A stretch of DNA of 64,000 nucleotides from an uncultured Gammaproteobacteria bacterium (GCA_964571255.1 CAZNAA010000001.1:359674-423673); one strand, 5' to 3'; positions 29,022 to 40,866 are shown, numbered from the stretch's first letter. Translations and numbers: made by a program. The notes: a model not told the origin generated them from the letters alone.

Positions 29022-30170
29022 ATGGGAATTGATAACGAACAAGGACCACTAAAAAGAGGAGACACTCCTGTAGATGAAACTAGACCACTTACTTCTCTAA
29101 AAAGAGTACCACTTCCTATGAGAACTGATGCCTTTCCTATTACTGGGGCTGCATCTGTAGATTCTACTATGCGTAGACAACCAGAACAACAACAGCTTCA
29201 GCAAGATCAACCCCAAAGAAGACCTGAAACAATATCAACAGGAGAACTACGAAGAAGAGTTTCCGATACCGGTGATTTGCCTTCAGTGACTACCGATCAG
29301 GAAGCATCTGCAGCAAGAATACTTATTTTAGCTGGTGAAGAGGGACAACAAGGATTATTAGAAAATCCTCATTTTATAGAAGCTGCTGATAGATTTTTCA
29401 ATGTCATGCGTCCTCATATGTCAGGTTCTGAGGAAGACAGAGATGTTGCAGCCGCTCATGCAGCAATTATTGCTGCAAGAAATGATCTATATCTTCGAGG
29501 AGAGATTAATAGACAGACACAAAACGCACGATTGGCGTTAGAGAAAATGTCACTTGCTAGAACACAAGCAGAAACTGATCCATTAACGGGCGAATATAAT
29601 ATGAGGGGATTCAATCGTAGACTAGAAGAAACTCTTTTGTTTGGAAATGAGCCTGGTGTTGTTGCTGAATTTGATCTTAACTTAATGAAAAAAGTTAACG
29701 ATGAGTTTGGAGAAGATGCTGGAGATGATCTTATTAGACTTGCTGTAGCAGCAATAAGAGCAGCACTTCGAGCAACAGACGTAGTTGCAAGACCTAAAGG
29801 AGACGAAATATATGCTATCTTGCGAGGAGTAACTCTTGAACAAGCCAGAGAAATAATAGAAGGTAAACTAGATGCTCAACTTCAAGCAAGCATAATTCCT
29901 CAACTGCCAGGTCAGTCTATTAGTTTAGGGGGAGGATTTATGGAATTCCACCCAGATAACTTTAGAGGTTTATCACCAGAAGCCTATGAAGAAAAAGTAA
30001 AAGATATGTACCGTCAAGTTATGGCAGCAATGAAGGAAGCAAAAGATCTGTCAAAACAACCTGATTCTCCTACTCACCGTGCCTATATCGATACAAATAG
30101 TCCAAAAGCTCAAACAAGATATGAGGCATTAAAACAAGATAAAACGATTAAAGTAGATTTTGATAGATAG
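29022..30170 (+). CDS. GGDEF-domain protein with degenerate active site (KGDEI) and intact RxxD I-site; the N-terminal ~170 aa is low-complexity
   Basis: The C-terminal domain aligns to diguanylate cyclases: DPLTGEYNMRGF...FDLNLMKKVNDEFGEDAGDDLIRLAV...RATDVVARPKGDEIYAIL. The N-terminal region is Q/E/R-rich and predicted disordered. Confidence 0.75.
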   Translation: MGIDNEQGPLKRGDTPVDETRPLTSLKRVPLPMRTDAFPITGAASVDSTMRRQPEQQQLQQDQPQRRPETISTGELRRRVSDTGDLPSVTTDQEASAARILILAGEEGQQGLLENPHFIEAADRFFNVMRPHMSGSEEDRDVAAAHAAIIAARNDLYLRGEINRQTQNARLALEKMSLARTQAETDPLTGEYNMRGFNRRLEETLLFGNEPGVVAEFDLNLMKKVNDEFGEDAGDDLIRLAVAAIRAALRATDVVARPKGDEIYAILRGVTLEQAREIIEGKLDAQLQASIIPQLPGQSISLGGGFMEFHPDNFRGLSPEAYEEKVKDMYRQVMAAMKEAKDLSKQPDSPTHRAYIDTNSPKAQTRYEALKQDKTIKVDFDR

Positions 30171-30176
30171 TACTGC

Positions 30177-33100
30177 ATGGGTAAATTTGTTCACCTCCAC
30201 AATCACTCGGAGTTTTCCTTACTTGACGGACTCAACAAAGTAGACAATATGGTTGAGTATGCCAAGGAACTTGGCATGGACGCTTTAGCCATCACAGACC
30301 ATGGAAACATGTACGGAGTGATTAAGTTCTACCAGAAATGTTTAAAAGAAGGTATTAAACCAATCATAGGATGTGAAATATATATAGCTAAAAGATCCCT
30401 TCATGATAAGGAAGCTGGAGTTGATAAAGACTATAACCACTTAATTCTTCTGGCTAAAGACAATACAGGATATAAAAATCTGATGAAGATTGTCTCAACT
30501 GCAAACTTAGAAGGTTTCTACTACAAACCCCGAACTGACATGGCACTTCTTGAGAAACACCACGAAGGACTCCTGTGTCTAAGTGCGTGTGTGAATGGGT
30601 ATGTTTCTGCTCCCATAATGGATGAGCAAGATGAAATTGCGGAACAAAGAGCCAAACAGCTTAATGATATTTTTGGACAAGGAAATTTCTTTCTAGAACT
30701 GCAGCGCCACATTGATGTTCCTCCGCAACAAAAAGTAAATGATAAGCTTATTTCCCTTTCCAAAAAATTAGGTATTCCTCTTGTTGCAACTAATGATAAT
30801 CACTACACAAAAAAAGGGGATGCAGAAGCACATGAAATTCTTTTATGTATCCAAACCCAATCAACCATGCTTGATAGTAATCGAAAACTCTCCATGGTTT
30901 CCTCCCCAGACTTTTATATCAAATCTCCTGAGGAGATGGAGAAAACTTTTGCAGATATCCCTGAAGCGATTGAAAATACGGTAAAAATAGCTGAAATGTG
31001 CAATGTAGAAATTACTCTTGGGAAATGGATCATGCCGATTTTTGACGTACCTGATTCCTATACGCCCAAAGAGTACTTAAGAAAATTAGTATTTGATAGG
31101 CTCCCTGATCGCTACGTGGGCTCTCCCTCGCACGTTTTAGAACGAGTTGAGTATGAGTTAGATATTATTATTACCAAAGGCTATGAAACCTACTTTTTAG
31201 TAGTTCAAGACTTTGTGAACTGGGCAAAAGATCAACATATCGCGGTAGGTCCAGGAAGAGGCTCAGCTGCAGGATCAGTTGTTTCCTATATCCTCAGAAT
31301 TACAGACGTTGATCCATTTTATTTTAAACTCCCGTTTGAAAGATTTTTAAACCCACTTCGCCCAAGTGCACCTGATATTGATTTAGATTTTGCCGATACC
31401 AGACGAGAAGAAGTCATCAAGTATGTTACCGAAAAATACGGATCAGACAAGGTCGCACAAATCATAACTTTTGGAACGATGGAAGCCAAAGGATCTGTAC
31501 GAGATGCAGGAAGAGCCTTGGGAATGCCCTATTCAGCTCCTGATCGAATCTCAAAAATGATCCCACCAGGTTGGCAAGGACATGCCATGTCTATTGAATC
31601 TGCTCTGAAACAGAGCCCTGATCTCAAACGAGCATATGAAAATGAACCAGATACCAAACGTCTCCTAGAGATTGCTCAAAAACTAGAAGGAGTTGCCAGG
31701 CATGCCTCAGTTCATGCTGCAGGAGTAGTGATTTCTGATAAACCATTAACAGAATATGTCCCACTGCAAAGAGAAACGAATGGTGACAAAGTCGTTACAC
31801 AATATGACATGTATACCGTTGGAGAAGACGGGGTAGGACTATTAAAAATGGATTTTTTGGGACTGAGAAATTTAACGATTATTGAAGAGACACTCAAATT
31901 TATTAAAGCCAACCAAGGAAAAGAAGTAGACTTTACCACAGTCCCTCTTGATGACCCAGCCTCATATGAACTTCTCTCACAAGGAGAAACTACCGGTATT
32001 TTTCAACTTGAGTCAGCAGGAATGAGACGCTACATTAAAGAGTTAAAACCCACCACCATTTTTGATCTCATGGCGATGGTTGCACTCTACAGGCCTGGAC
32101 CAATGGCTGCAATTCCAGAGTTTATTGCCAGAAAACATGGCAGACTCCCTATCACTTATCCAGATCCTCGTCTTGAGGAAATTCTTAGACCATCATACGG
32201 AATTCTTGCCTTTCAAGATGACGTACTTCTTACTGCTATTGAACTAGCAGGATATACCTGGTTGGATGCGGATAAGTTTAGAAAAGCCATGGGAAAGAAA
32301 ATTCCAGCTGAGATGAAAAAACAAGAAGAGATGTTTATTACGGGAGCTGTGAAAAAAGGAATGACTCAGAAAAAAGCTGAGGAGATTTTTAATCTCATTG
32401 CTCCCTTTGCCGGATACGGATTTAACAAAGCACATGCCTCTTGTTATGCCTCTATTGCATTTCGTACTGCCTATCTTAAGGCTCACTTCCCTGTTGAATT
32501 CATGGCAGCGCTTCTCACCGCTGAAACAAGAGGAACCACAGGACCTGCAAAAAATGAAAAAATTGCACAAGCCATTGCAGAATGTAGACGACTTGGTGTT
32601 GAAGTACTTCCTCCTGATATTAATAAGTCAGTGAGTGATTTTAGTATTGAAGATAATACCAAAATTCGGTTTGGACTTTCAGCCGTTAAAAACGTTGGAG
32701 AAGCGGCAATTGAGGCAATTATTAGTGCCAGAAAATCTCGTCCATTTACTTCTTTTCAGGATTTTTGTACCAGAGTGAATTTAGGTCCTGTGAATAAAAA
32801 AACGCTTGAGTCCCTTATTAAAGCTGGAGGCATGGATATGTTTGGCAAGAGAGCTCAACTGCTGGTAGATATGCCAGTTTGTGTGGAAAGTGCAAATAAA
32901 GCCAAAAAATCCAGTAGTGAAGGACAAAGTTTATTATTTGGAGGAACAGATCACGAAGAAGAGGCCAGTTTCACTCCATCAGATATTGATGACTTTACCA
33001 CAGAAGAAAAACTCATGTTTGAGAAAGAATTTTTAGGCTTCTATCTCACTTCTCATCCTCATCTCGATATTCTTGAAGCAATTCAACCTCATGTTACACA

Positions 33101-33401
33101 CGAAATTGAAGGATTAGAATCTGAAGAGGAAGGACAGGTAGTAAAGCTTGGAGGAATTATTGAAACAGCCAAAAAAATCTTTACGAAGAAAAACAATAGT
33201 GAAATGGCTTTCGTCACTCTCGCTAATGATAGAGGAGCAACAACAGAGATAGTCGTCTTTCCCAAAACCTATGATATTTATAAATCACTCCTTCTTCCCG
33301 ATACGGTTGTTATTATCGAAGGAAAAATTAATATAAAAGATGATAAACCAGTAATTCTGGCAGAAAGAGTTCTAAATCCAAAGTTATTTTTGAAAGATTA
33401 A
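30177..33401 (+). CDS. dnaE: DNA polymerase III alpha subunit
   Basis: The 1074-aa product has an N-terminal PHP domain (HLHNHSEFSLLDG), a Pol III alpha palm/fingers region, and an OB fold. Confidence 0.97.
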   Translation: MGKFVHLHNHSEFSLLDGLNKVDNMVEYAKELGMDALAITDHGNMYGVIKFYQKCLKEGIKPIIGCEIYIAKRSLHDKEAGVDKDYNHLILLAKDNTGYKNLMKIVSTANLEGFYYKPRTDMALLEKHHEGLLCLSACVNGYVSAPIMDEQDEIAEQRAKQLNDIFGQGNFFLELQRHIDVPPQQKVNDKLISLSKKLGIPLVATNDNHYTKKGDAEAHEILLCIQTQSTMLDSNRKLSMVSSPDFYIKSPEEMEKTFADIPEAIENTVKIAEMCNVEITLGKWIMPIFDVPDSYTPKEYLRKLVFDRLPDRYVGSPSHVLERVEYELDIIITKGYETYFLVVQDFVNWAKDQHIAVGPGRGSAAGSVVSYILRITDVDPFYFKLPFERFLNPLRPSAPDIDLDFADTRREEVIKYVTEKYGSDKVAQIITFGTMEAKGSVRDAGRALGMPYSAPDRISKMIPPGWQGHAMSIESALKQSPDLKRAYENEPDTKRLLEIAQKLEGVARHASVHAAGVVISDKPLTEYVPLQRETNGDKVVTQYDMYTVGEDGVGLLKMDFLGLRNLTIIEETLKFIKANQGKEVDFTTVPLDDPASYELLSQGETTGIFQLESAGMRRYIKELKPTTIFDLMAMVALYRPGPMAAIPEFIARKHGRLPITYPDPRLEEILRPSYGILAFQDDVLLTAIELAGYTWLDADKFRKAMGKKIPAEMKKQEEMFITGAVKKGMTQKKAEEIFNLIAPFAGYGFNKAHASCYASIAFRTAYLKAHFPVEFMAALLTAETRGTTGPAKNEKIAQAIAECRRLGVEVLPPDINKSVSDFSIEDNTKIRFGLSAVKNVGEAAIEAIISARKSRPFTSFQDFCTRVNLGPVNKKTLESLIKAGGMDMFGKRAQLLVDMPVCVESANKAKKSSSEGQSLLFGGTDHEEEASFTPSDIDDFTTEEKLMFEKEFLGFYLTSHPHLDILEAIQPHVTHEIEGLESEEEGQVVKLGGIIETAKKIFTKKNNSEMAFVTLANDRGATTEIVVFPKTYDIYKSLLLPDTVVIIEGKINIKDDKPVILAERVLNPKLFLKD

Positions 33402-33402
33402 T

Positions 33403-34230
33403 ATGAGTGAACCAGGCAAAGGAACAGAAATAATTCTTGAAGATCCTCATTATCTTGAGTCAAATTTCCCGTCCCATAGAAAAACCTTAGCGCGTTCCAT
33501 TGTTCAAAATGCAAGACATATATTGGGGGCCAAGGTTCCACGAGAAGAAAGATATAGTGTTTCAGCAACTCCCTATCAAGAAATGGATGAAACATTTCAA
33601 TCTAATAGTGTTAAAGATGTTTTAGACTGGAGTGATAAACATCCTACAAATAGACCTGCAGTAGGAGAATTCGGAGGCTACGGAACAGCAACTGCTGGAA
33701 TTGTTGAAACAGTGAGAAAGCAAGGAGTCAATGCCTACGGACTTGCCTTAGCATATGAAAGAATCAATGAACTAACTACTCCCCTGACTACTCTTATCCA
33801 AGGAGATATGGGAGAAATTGCTGTAAAGGGCAACGACTCAACAACACTTGCCCTTATTAAAACGCAACTAGAACAAGCTCATTGCTCACTAGGATTTGCG
33901 CTACTTCAATGTCGTCCTGTTATTGGATATGCAGAAATGGAGAAACAACAAAGTATCTCAAATAGCGATATTCCTCAGTTTTACCACAATATGTTTAAAA
34001 TAATTACTACTCACCTCTTAGCACCTGATGGTATTTTTGATTTACAAATCCCCCTGCATATCCCAGACAAAAAAGGATTTAGGGAAAATCTTCAAAGCTC
34101 TTTAGGTTCAAACTATATTCTTCTCCCATTACAAAGAAGTCCGTATCAAAGACTCTGGGTTCAGGATTATCCCACTAACCCCCGCTTCTCTCTTACCACC
34201 ATGAGAATTATCAGATCTGATCTCACCTAG
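33403..34230 (+). CDS. hypothetical protein translationally coupled to dnaE
   Basis: The 275-aa ORF starts 1 nt after the dnaE stop. No recognisable motifs are present and it is not membrane-associated. Confidence 0.5.
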   Translation: MSEPGKGTEIILEDPHYLESNFPSHRKTLARSIVQNARHILGAKVPREERYSVSATPYQEMDETFQSNSVKDVLDWSDKHPTNRPAVGEFGGYGTATAGIVETVRKQGVNAYGLALAYERINELTTPLTTLIQGDMGEIAVKGNDSTTLALIKTQLEQAHCSLGFALLQCRPVIGYAEMEKQQSISNSDIPQFYHNMFKIITTHLLAPDGIFDLQIPLHIPDKKGFRENLQSSLGSNYILLPLQRSPYQRLWVQDYPTNPRFSLTTMRIIRSDLT

Positions 34231-34251
34231 CTTTACTTCAAAATCACCCTT

Positions 34252-34285
34252 CTGTTTCTCCTTTACCCTGGCGGGCAACCACACT
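34252..34285. repeat. Copy 1 of a ~34-nt repeated motif: CTGTTTCTCCTTTACCCTGGCGGGCAACCACACT
   Basis: It is near-identical to the copy at 41570-41604. It contains a mini-hairpin (GG-GCAA-CC). It lies just upstream of the putative atp promoter. Confidence 0.5.
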
Positions 34286-34298
34286 CTCCTTTTTCACC

Positions 34299-34328
34299 TT
34301 GACCCTAAGCTCACTTTCACGATACAAT
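34299..34328 (+). promoter_or_regulatory. Candidate sigma70-like promoter of the atp operon (TTGACC-18-TACAAT)
   Basis: The -10 box ends 4-13 nt before the candidate atpB ATGs (34333 and 34342). This implies a very short or leaderless 5' UTR. Confidence 0.35.
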
Positions 34329-34332
34329 ACGC

Positions 34333-35244
34333 ATGTACTCTATGGCAGCTTTTGCACCTGAGGTGCTTTTTCATATTGGGTTATTCCCTATAACTAATAC
34401 CGTTTTAAATACTATTCTTGTAGATAGTGTTCTTCTTGGATGTGCTGCATACATTGGCAAAAATATTAAAAGAATTCCTGGAAAATTTCAAAACTTAATA
34501 GAAATGGTGATTGATGGATTCTATAATCTGACAGAAAGTGTCTCTGGAAAGAATGCTGCACAGATTTTCCCGTGGTTTATGTCCTTCTTCTTTTTTATTC
34601 TCATTGCTAACTGGAGTGGACTACTTCCTGGGGCAGGAAGTATTGGGTTTTACGAACCAGTAACCCACACAACTGAGGTAAAAACAAAGGAAACAGTCAA
34701 AGCACTTCCTTCAGAAGAATCACACACGGTGACGGATGAACATGCACCAGTTACTATTGATACGCATACAGAAAAAACTACCCAGGCATCAGAAACCACT
34801 AATTCAACTGATTCACATGAGAAACCACATTTGGTTTCACTTATGAGAAACGCCACGAGTGAATTGAATGTCACTTTAGCTCTTGCTCTTATTTCCCTGG
34901 TTGCAACTCATGCACTTAGTATCAAGACGATTGGCATTAAAGACTATTTACTTCGTTTTTTCTCTTTTAATCCTATTCTTCTTTTTGTAGGACTTTTGGA
35001 GTTAGTCTCAGAATTCACAAAAATAGTCTCGCTTTCTTTCAGACTTTTTGGTAATATATACGCAGGAGAGGTAGTGCTACATACTATTTCGAAATTATTT
35101 GCTTTTGTCTTCCCTCTCCCATTCATATTTTTAGAAATCATTGTTGGACTCGTCCAAGCATTAGTGTTTGGAATGTTAACAATGGTATTTATGAGTGTTA
35201 TGATGACTTCTCACAACTCTGAGGAGCATACAGAACACAAGTAA
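34333..35244 (+). CDS. atpB: F0F1 ATP synthase subunit a
   Basis: The PGKFQ..IE motif is present. The essential-Arg region is RLFGNIYAGE. There is a ~65-aa T/E/H-rich hydrophilic insertion (EPVTHTTEVKTKE...HEKPH) between TM segments. Confidence 0.9.
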   Translation: MYSMAAFAPEVLFHIGLFPITNTVLNTILVDSVLLGCAAYIGKNIKRIPGKFQNLIEMVIDGFYNLTESVSGKNAAQIFPWFMSFFFFILIANWSGLLPGAGSIGFYEPVTHTTEVKTKETVKALPSEESHTVTDEHAPVTIDTHTEKTTQASETTNSTDSHEKPHLVSLMRNATSELNVTLALALISLVATHALSIKTIGIKDYLLRFFSFNPILLFVGLLELVSEFTKIVSLSFRLFGNIYAGEVVLHTISKLFAFVFPLPFIFLEIIVGLVQALVFGMLTMVFMSVMMTSHNSEEHTEHK

Positions 35245-35316
35245 GTGAATATATCTAAGTTCAAAGGAATTTAGACATGTACACTTTTTCGGTGTCTCAA
35301 GGAGGTGAAAAAATAA

Positions 35317-35520
<204 letters not shown>

Positions 35521-35619
35521 AGTAAGAAGTAGAGGTCAAAAGTCAAAATGACTCGTTGAAAGGCAAACGTTACCTTTTAATGAATTTTGCTTTTGCCTTT
35601 TACTTTTTAGTAAATACAT

Positions 35620-36126
35620 ATGGAACTCGTACAACAGTTTGGTATTGACCCACTACTATTATCTGCTCAAATCATAAACTTTCTTATCATCGCGTATCTT
35701 TTGAAGCGGTTTATGTATAAGCCAGTTTTAGATATGCTCAAGTCTCGTGAGCAAAGTATTAAAAAAGGCTTAAAAGACTCAGAAGAAGCTGCAAAACTTC
35801 TCTCACTTACTGAAGAAAAAGAAAAAGATGTGTTGAAAAAAGCACAGGATGAGGCAAAAAAGATTATCGAAGTAGCTAAGAAAGAACAAAAAGAACTCGT
35901 TCGTCTTACTGAGGAGCAAACCAGAAAACAAGCTGAAGCGATGCTAAGTGAAGCTAGATCCCAAATTAACTTTGAAATGCAAGAAACAGAGAAAAAACTC
36001 ACTGCACATGTAACCCATCTCTCAGTAGAGTTATTACAAAAATCTATAAGTGGGATCTTTTCAGAAAAAGACCAAGATGCTATTATGAGCACTGCTCTAA
36101 AAGAGTTGAAAAAGGAGAAACACTAA
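35620..36126 (+). CDS. atpF: F0F1 ATP synthase subunit b
   Basis: An N-terminal TM helix is followed by a long charged coiled coil (KKAQDEAKKIIE...). Confidence 0.85.
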   Translation: MELVQQFGIDPLLLSAQIINFLIIAYLLKRFMYKPVLDMLKSREQSIKKGLKDSEEAAKLLSLTEEKEKDVLKKAQDEAKKIIEVAKKEQKELVRLTEEQTRKQAEAMLSEARSQINFEMQETEKKLTAHVTHLSVELLQKSISGIFSEKDQDAIMSTALKELKKEKH

Positions 36127-36476
36127 TGAATAAGAGTTTTTTAAAAAAAGTAGTACAAGCAAGTTTTGTAAACGGAGTATTGGATGAGGCCAATGTTTCT
36201 CGAATTACTAAAAGTCTTTCGTATTCAGAGCTAAAAAACTATACTACTCTTTTGAAACGAGAACTAGCAAAGCTTTCAGTCGTTGTTGTTTCTGCTACTT
36301 CACTTACGAGTGAACAACAAGTCGAAACGAAGACTCTTTATCCAGGAAAATCAGTTTCTTTTAAAACAGACTCAACACTTCTTGGAGGCGTACGAGTAAT
36401 TGAAAATGATATGATATATGAGAACAATATAGCAACAACCCTGCACCGTCTTGAGTCACACGTAATACAAGTATGA
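36126..36476 (+). CDS. atpH: F0F1 ATP synthase subunit delta (short form, 116 aa)
   Basis: It sits at the delta position in the operon. The C-terminal segment LLGGVRVIENDMIYENNIATTL resembles the OSCP/delta C-terminus. The N-terminal domain appears truncated. Confidence 0.65.
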   Translation: MNKSFLKKVVQASFVNGVLDEANVSRITKSLSYSELKNYTTLLKRELAKLSVVVVSATSLTSEQQVETKTLYPGKSVSFKTDSTLLGGVRVIENDMIYENNIATTLHRLESHVIQV

Positions 36477-37996
36477 TTGATAGCAACAAAATTATCACCC
36501 AATTAGAAAATAAACTAGAGTCTTTTAGTCAGGATCCTAGTGTTCAAAATGTAGGCTACGTTGTTCGAAATAACGATGGAGTAGTTGCCGTTTCAGGTCT
36601 TTCTCAAGCAGTCATGGGAGAGCGAGTAAGTTTTGAGTCAGGAAGTAGTGGATTAGTATTTAACTTAGACGAAGATTTTGCTTCTATTATTCTTCTAGAT
36701 CCTGGAGTACAAATCTCAGAAGGTGAAAAAGTTACTCGAACCAAAGAACTATTAACCATTACCGCCAGTGAAGAGTTACTTGGACGAGTAGTTAACCCAA
36801 TGGGAGTAGTTCTTGACGGCAAAAAAGCAGTTACTAAAGGCAAACAAATGCCTCTTGAGCGAATTGCTGCAGGAGTTGTTGAGCGACAAAAGGTTGATAC
36901 GCCAATGAAAACAGGAATTAAAGCAATTGATGCAATGTTTCCTATTGGACGAGGACAAAGAGAGCTTATTATTGGAGATCGAGGGCTAGGAAAATCAGCT
37001 ATTGCGATTGATGCCATTATTAACCAAAAACCCGGCCGTTCTACTCTTAAACCAATGGTTTGTATTTATGTTGCTATTGGACAAAAACAAAGTACTGTTG
37101 CCCAAATTGCAGGACGACTGACAGAAGAAGGAGCTATGGATTACACCATTATCGTAGCAGCTAACGCTCCTGATCCTGCCGCACTGCAATACCTAGCACC
37201 ATATGCCGGAGTTGCTATTGCTGAATACTTCATGGAAAAAGGACAAGATGTACTGATTGTTTATGACGATTTGACCAAACATGCCTGGGCATATCGCCAA
37301 ATGTCACTTATTCTTAAACGCCCAGCAGGACGAGAAGCATATCCTGGAGACGTATTTTACCTTCATAGTAGACTTTTGGAACGAGCTGTTAGACTTAGTG
37401 AAGAACACGGCGGAGGATCTATCACTGCTCTTCCCATTATTGAGACACAAGCGGGAGATATCTCAGCTTATATTCCAACCAATGTGATTTCTATTACTGA
37501 TGGACAAATCTTTTTACAAGGAGATTTATTTAACAGTGGATTTAGACCAGCAATTAACGTGGGAAGCTCAGTTTCTCGAGTTGGAGGAGATGCACAAACA
37601 GGTGCTATGAAATCAGTTTCTGGGAAGTTAAAACTGACACTAGCTCAATACAGAGAATTAGCAGCCTTTGCTCAATTTGGAAGTGACTTGGATCCAGCAA
37701 CGATTGCACAACTTGATCAAGGGAAAAGAATGACTGAAGTCCTGAAACAACACCAATACTCCCCTCTTCCTGAGACTCTTCAAATTATTAGTATCTGGGC
37801 TGTTGGAAATGGCTATATGAATGATGTTCCCGTTGAGCAGATTGGGCAATTTGAGAAAGAACTCCATTCCTATGTTGAATCAAATAACAAAAAGCTTATT
37901 GAACGACTGGGAAATGGGAAAAAACTTGACGAGGAAGCAACTGATGATCTCAAAAAAATCGTTGAGAAATTTAAGAAAGGATTTTCAGGAAAGTAA
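36473..37996 (+). CDS. atpA: F0F1 ATP synthase subunit alpha
   Basis: The P-loop GDRGLGKS is present. The product is 507 aa. Confidence 0.97.
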   Translation: MIDSNKIITQLENKLESFSQDPSVQNVGYVVRNNDGVVAVSGLSQAVMGERVSFESGSSGLVFNLDEDFASIILLDPGVQISEGEKVTRTKELLTITASEELLGRVVNPMGVVLDGKKAVTKGKQMPLERIAAGVVERQKVDTPMKTGIKAIDAMFPIGRGQRELIIGDRGLGKSAIAIDAIINQKPGRSTLKPMVCIYVAIGQKQSTVAQIAGRLTEEGAMDYTIIVAANAPDPAALQYLAPYAGVAIAEYFMEKGQDVLIVYDDLTKHAWAYRQMSLILKRPAGREAYPGDVFYLHSRLLERAVRLSEEHGGGSITALPIIETQAGDISAYIPTNVISITDGQIFLQGDLFNSGFRPAINVGSSVSRVGGDAQTGAMKSVSGKLKLTLAQYRELAAFAQFGSDLDPATIAQLDQGKRMTEVLKQHQYSPLPETLQIISIWAVGNGYMNDVPVEQIGQFEKELHSYVESNNKKLIERLGNGKKLDEEATDDLKKIVEKFKKGFSGK

Positions 37997-38859
37997 TGGC
38001 TACTCTACTCTCTTTAAAACGAAGAATCCAAGCCGCCCAAAACGTGTCTAAAACAACAAAAGCTATGCAAATGATTGCTGCATCAAAAATGAAACGCGCT
38101 CAAGACAGTGCCCTTTCAACTCGTCCTTATGTTGAAAAACTCACTGATCTTACGCTTAACGCACTCAGTACTGTTCCTGAAGGCTTTACTCATCCCTATC
38201 TTAAAGAAAATACTTCAGGAAAAGAACTCGTTATTCTTCTCTCTCCAGATAAAGGACTTTGTGGAGGACTTGTCACAAATCTTTTGAAGGAATTTCTTTC
38301 CTATCAAAAACAAAATCCCGATACCTCCTATATTTTGGTTGGTAAAAAAGCAGAAATCCAAGTAACAAAGCTTGGGAAACAAGTCGTAGCTAATTTTAAC
38401 TTTGGAACCTCTCAACCCACCTTTGATATGGTCTATCCTTTACTCAAACTTATTGATGACTACTATCTCTCAGGTAAAGTAGATACCGTTCGAGTCTTGT
38501 ATACGAAGTTTAATAACGTCTTTACCCAAAAACCGCACATCACCCAAATTCTTCCCCTTTCTTTTGCCCCGGAGGTAACTACAGATAAAGAAAATCCAAG
38601 AGACTATGTCTATGAACCAAGTGTTACTGAGATTCTTCCTCACCTTTTAAAGCAATATATGGAAATGAGTTTATATCAATTTCTTCTTGAAAGTTTCGTT
38701 TCAGAGCAAGGTGCACGAATGCTTGCAATGCAAAACGCAACCACGAACGCAAATGATATAATAAGTGAACTAAAACTAGAATATAACAAAACTAGACAAG
38801 CAAAGATCACCAGTGAGATTCTAGATATTACCGGTGCTAGCTTAGCACTAGAAACATAA
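37996..38859 (+). CDS. atpG: F0F1 ATP synthase subunit gamma
   Basis: The N-terminus is IQAAQNVSKTTKAMQMIAASKM. The C-terminal helix is ITSEILDITGASLAL. Confidence 0.95.
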   Translation: MATLLSLKRRIQAAQNVSKTTKAMQMIAASKMKRAQDSALSTRPYVEKLTDLTLNALSTVPEGFTHPYLKENTSGKELVILLSPDKGLCGGLVTNLLKEFLSYQKQNPDTSYILVGKKAEIQVTKLGKQVVANFNFGTSQPTFDMVYPLLKLIDDYYLSGKVDTVRVLYTKFNNVFTQKPHITQILPLSFAPEVTTDKENPRDYVYEPSVTEILPHLLKQYMEMSLYQFLLESFVSEQGARMLAMQNATTNANDIISELKLEYNKTRQAKITSEILDITGASLALET

Positions 38860-40260
<1,401 letters not shown>

Positions 40261-40265
40261 TTCAT

Positions 40266-40679
40266 ATGCACCTTCAGGTCATTACCCCAGATAAAACTCT
40301 TTTTGATTCTGAGATTGAGGAACTCATCGTTGATACTCCTAAAGGACAACTTACCATTCTTCCTCATCATATTAATCTTATTACTTCAGTTATTCCCAGT
40401 GAACTTATTGTCAAACAAAAAGGGAAGGAACACTCCATTGCTGTTGCTGGAGGCTTTTTAGAGATTTTTAATAACACCGCAAAACTCCTCGCAGATTATG
40501 CTATTGAAACCGAGGAAATTAATATGGCTAAAGTACTTGAAGCACAAAAAAGAGCAGAAGAAGCCATGCATAAGGCTAAAGAGCAAGGCAGCGATCGTGA
40601 TTTTGCTAGAGCTGAATCAGATCTTCGTCGGTCTCTTTTTCATCTAGATATTGCCAATCGAAAAAGACGAAAACTCTAA
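40266..40679 (+). CDS. atpC: F0F1 ATP synthase subunit epsilon
   Basis: The 137-aa product has an N-terminal beta-sandwich (HLQVITPDKTLFDSEIEELIV) and a C-terminal helical hairpin. Confidence 0.9.
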   Translation: MHLQVITPDKTLFDSEIEELIVDTPKGQLTILPHHINLITSVIPSELIVKQKGKEHSIAVAGGFLEIFNNTAKLLADYAIETEEINMAKVLEAQKRAEEAMHKAKEQGSDRDFARAESDLRRSLFHLDIANRKRRKL

Positions 40680-40820
40680 CTTATTTACTTCATCTACACC
40701 TTATAGTATACTTACCCTATCCTATTTTCTTTAGGAGTTTAGCTTTCTACAGAAGAAAAGATATTTATTTTTGCACTTTTACAGTTGTCTAATAGTATTT
40801 TGCATTTGTCCTCCAAGCAC

Positions 40821-40866
40821 GATGAAGAATTGAGGAAGTAAGCTTTTATTTCTTTTATTCTTCATC
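40821..40866. repeat. 10-bp perfect inverted repeat GATGAAGAAT ... ATTCTTCATC with a 26-nt spacer
   Basis: The arms are exact reverse complements. It sits about 80 nt upstream of the small ORF at 40946. Its geometry parallels the repeat at 14725-14783. Confidence 0.4.
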
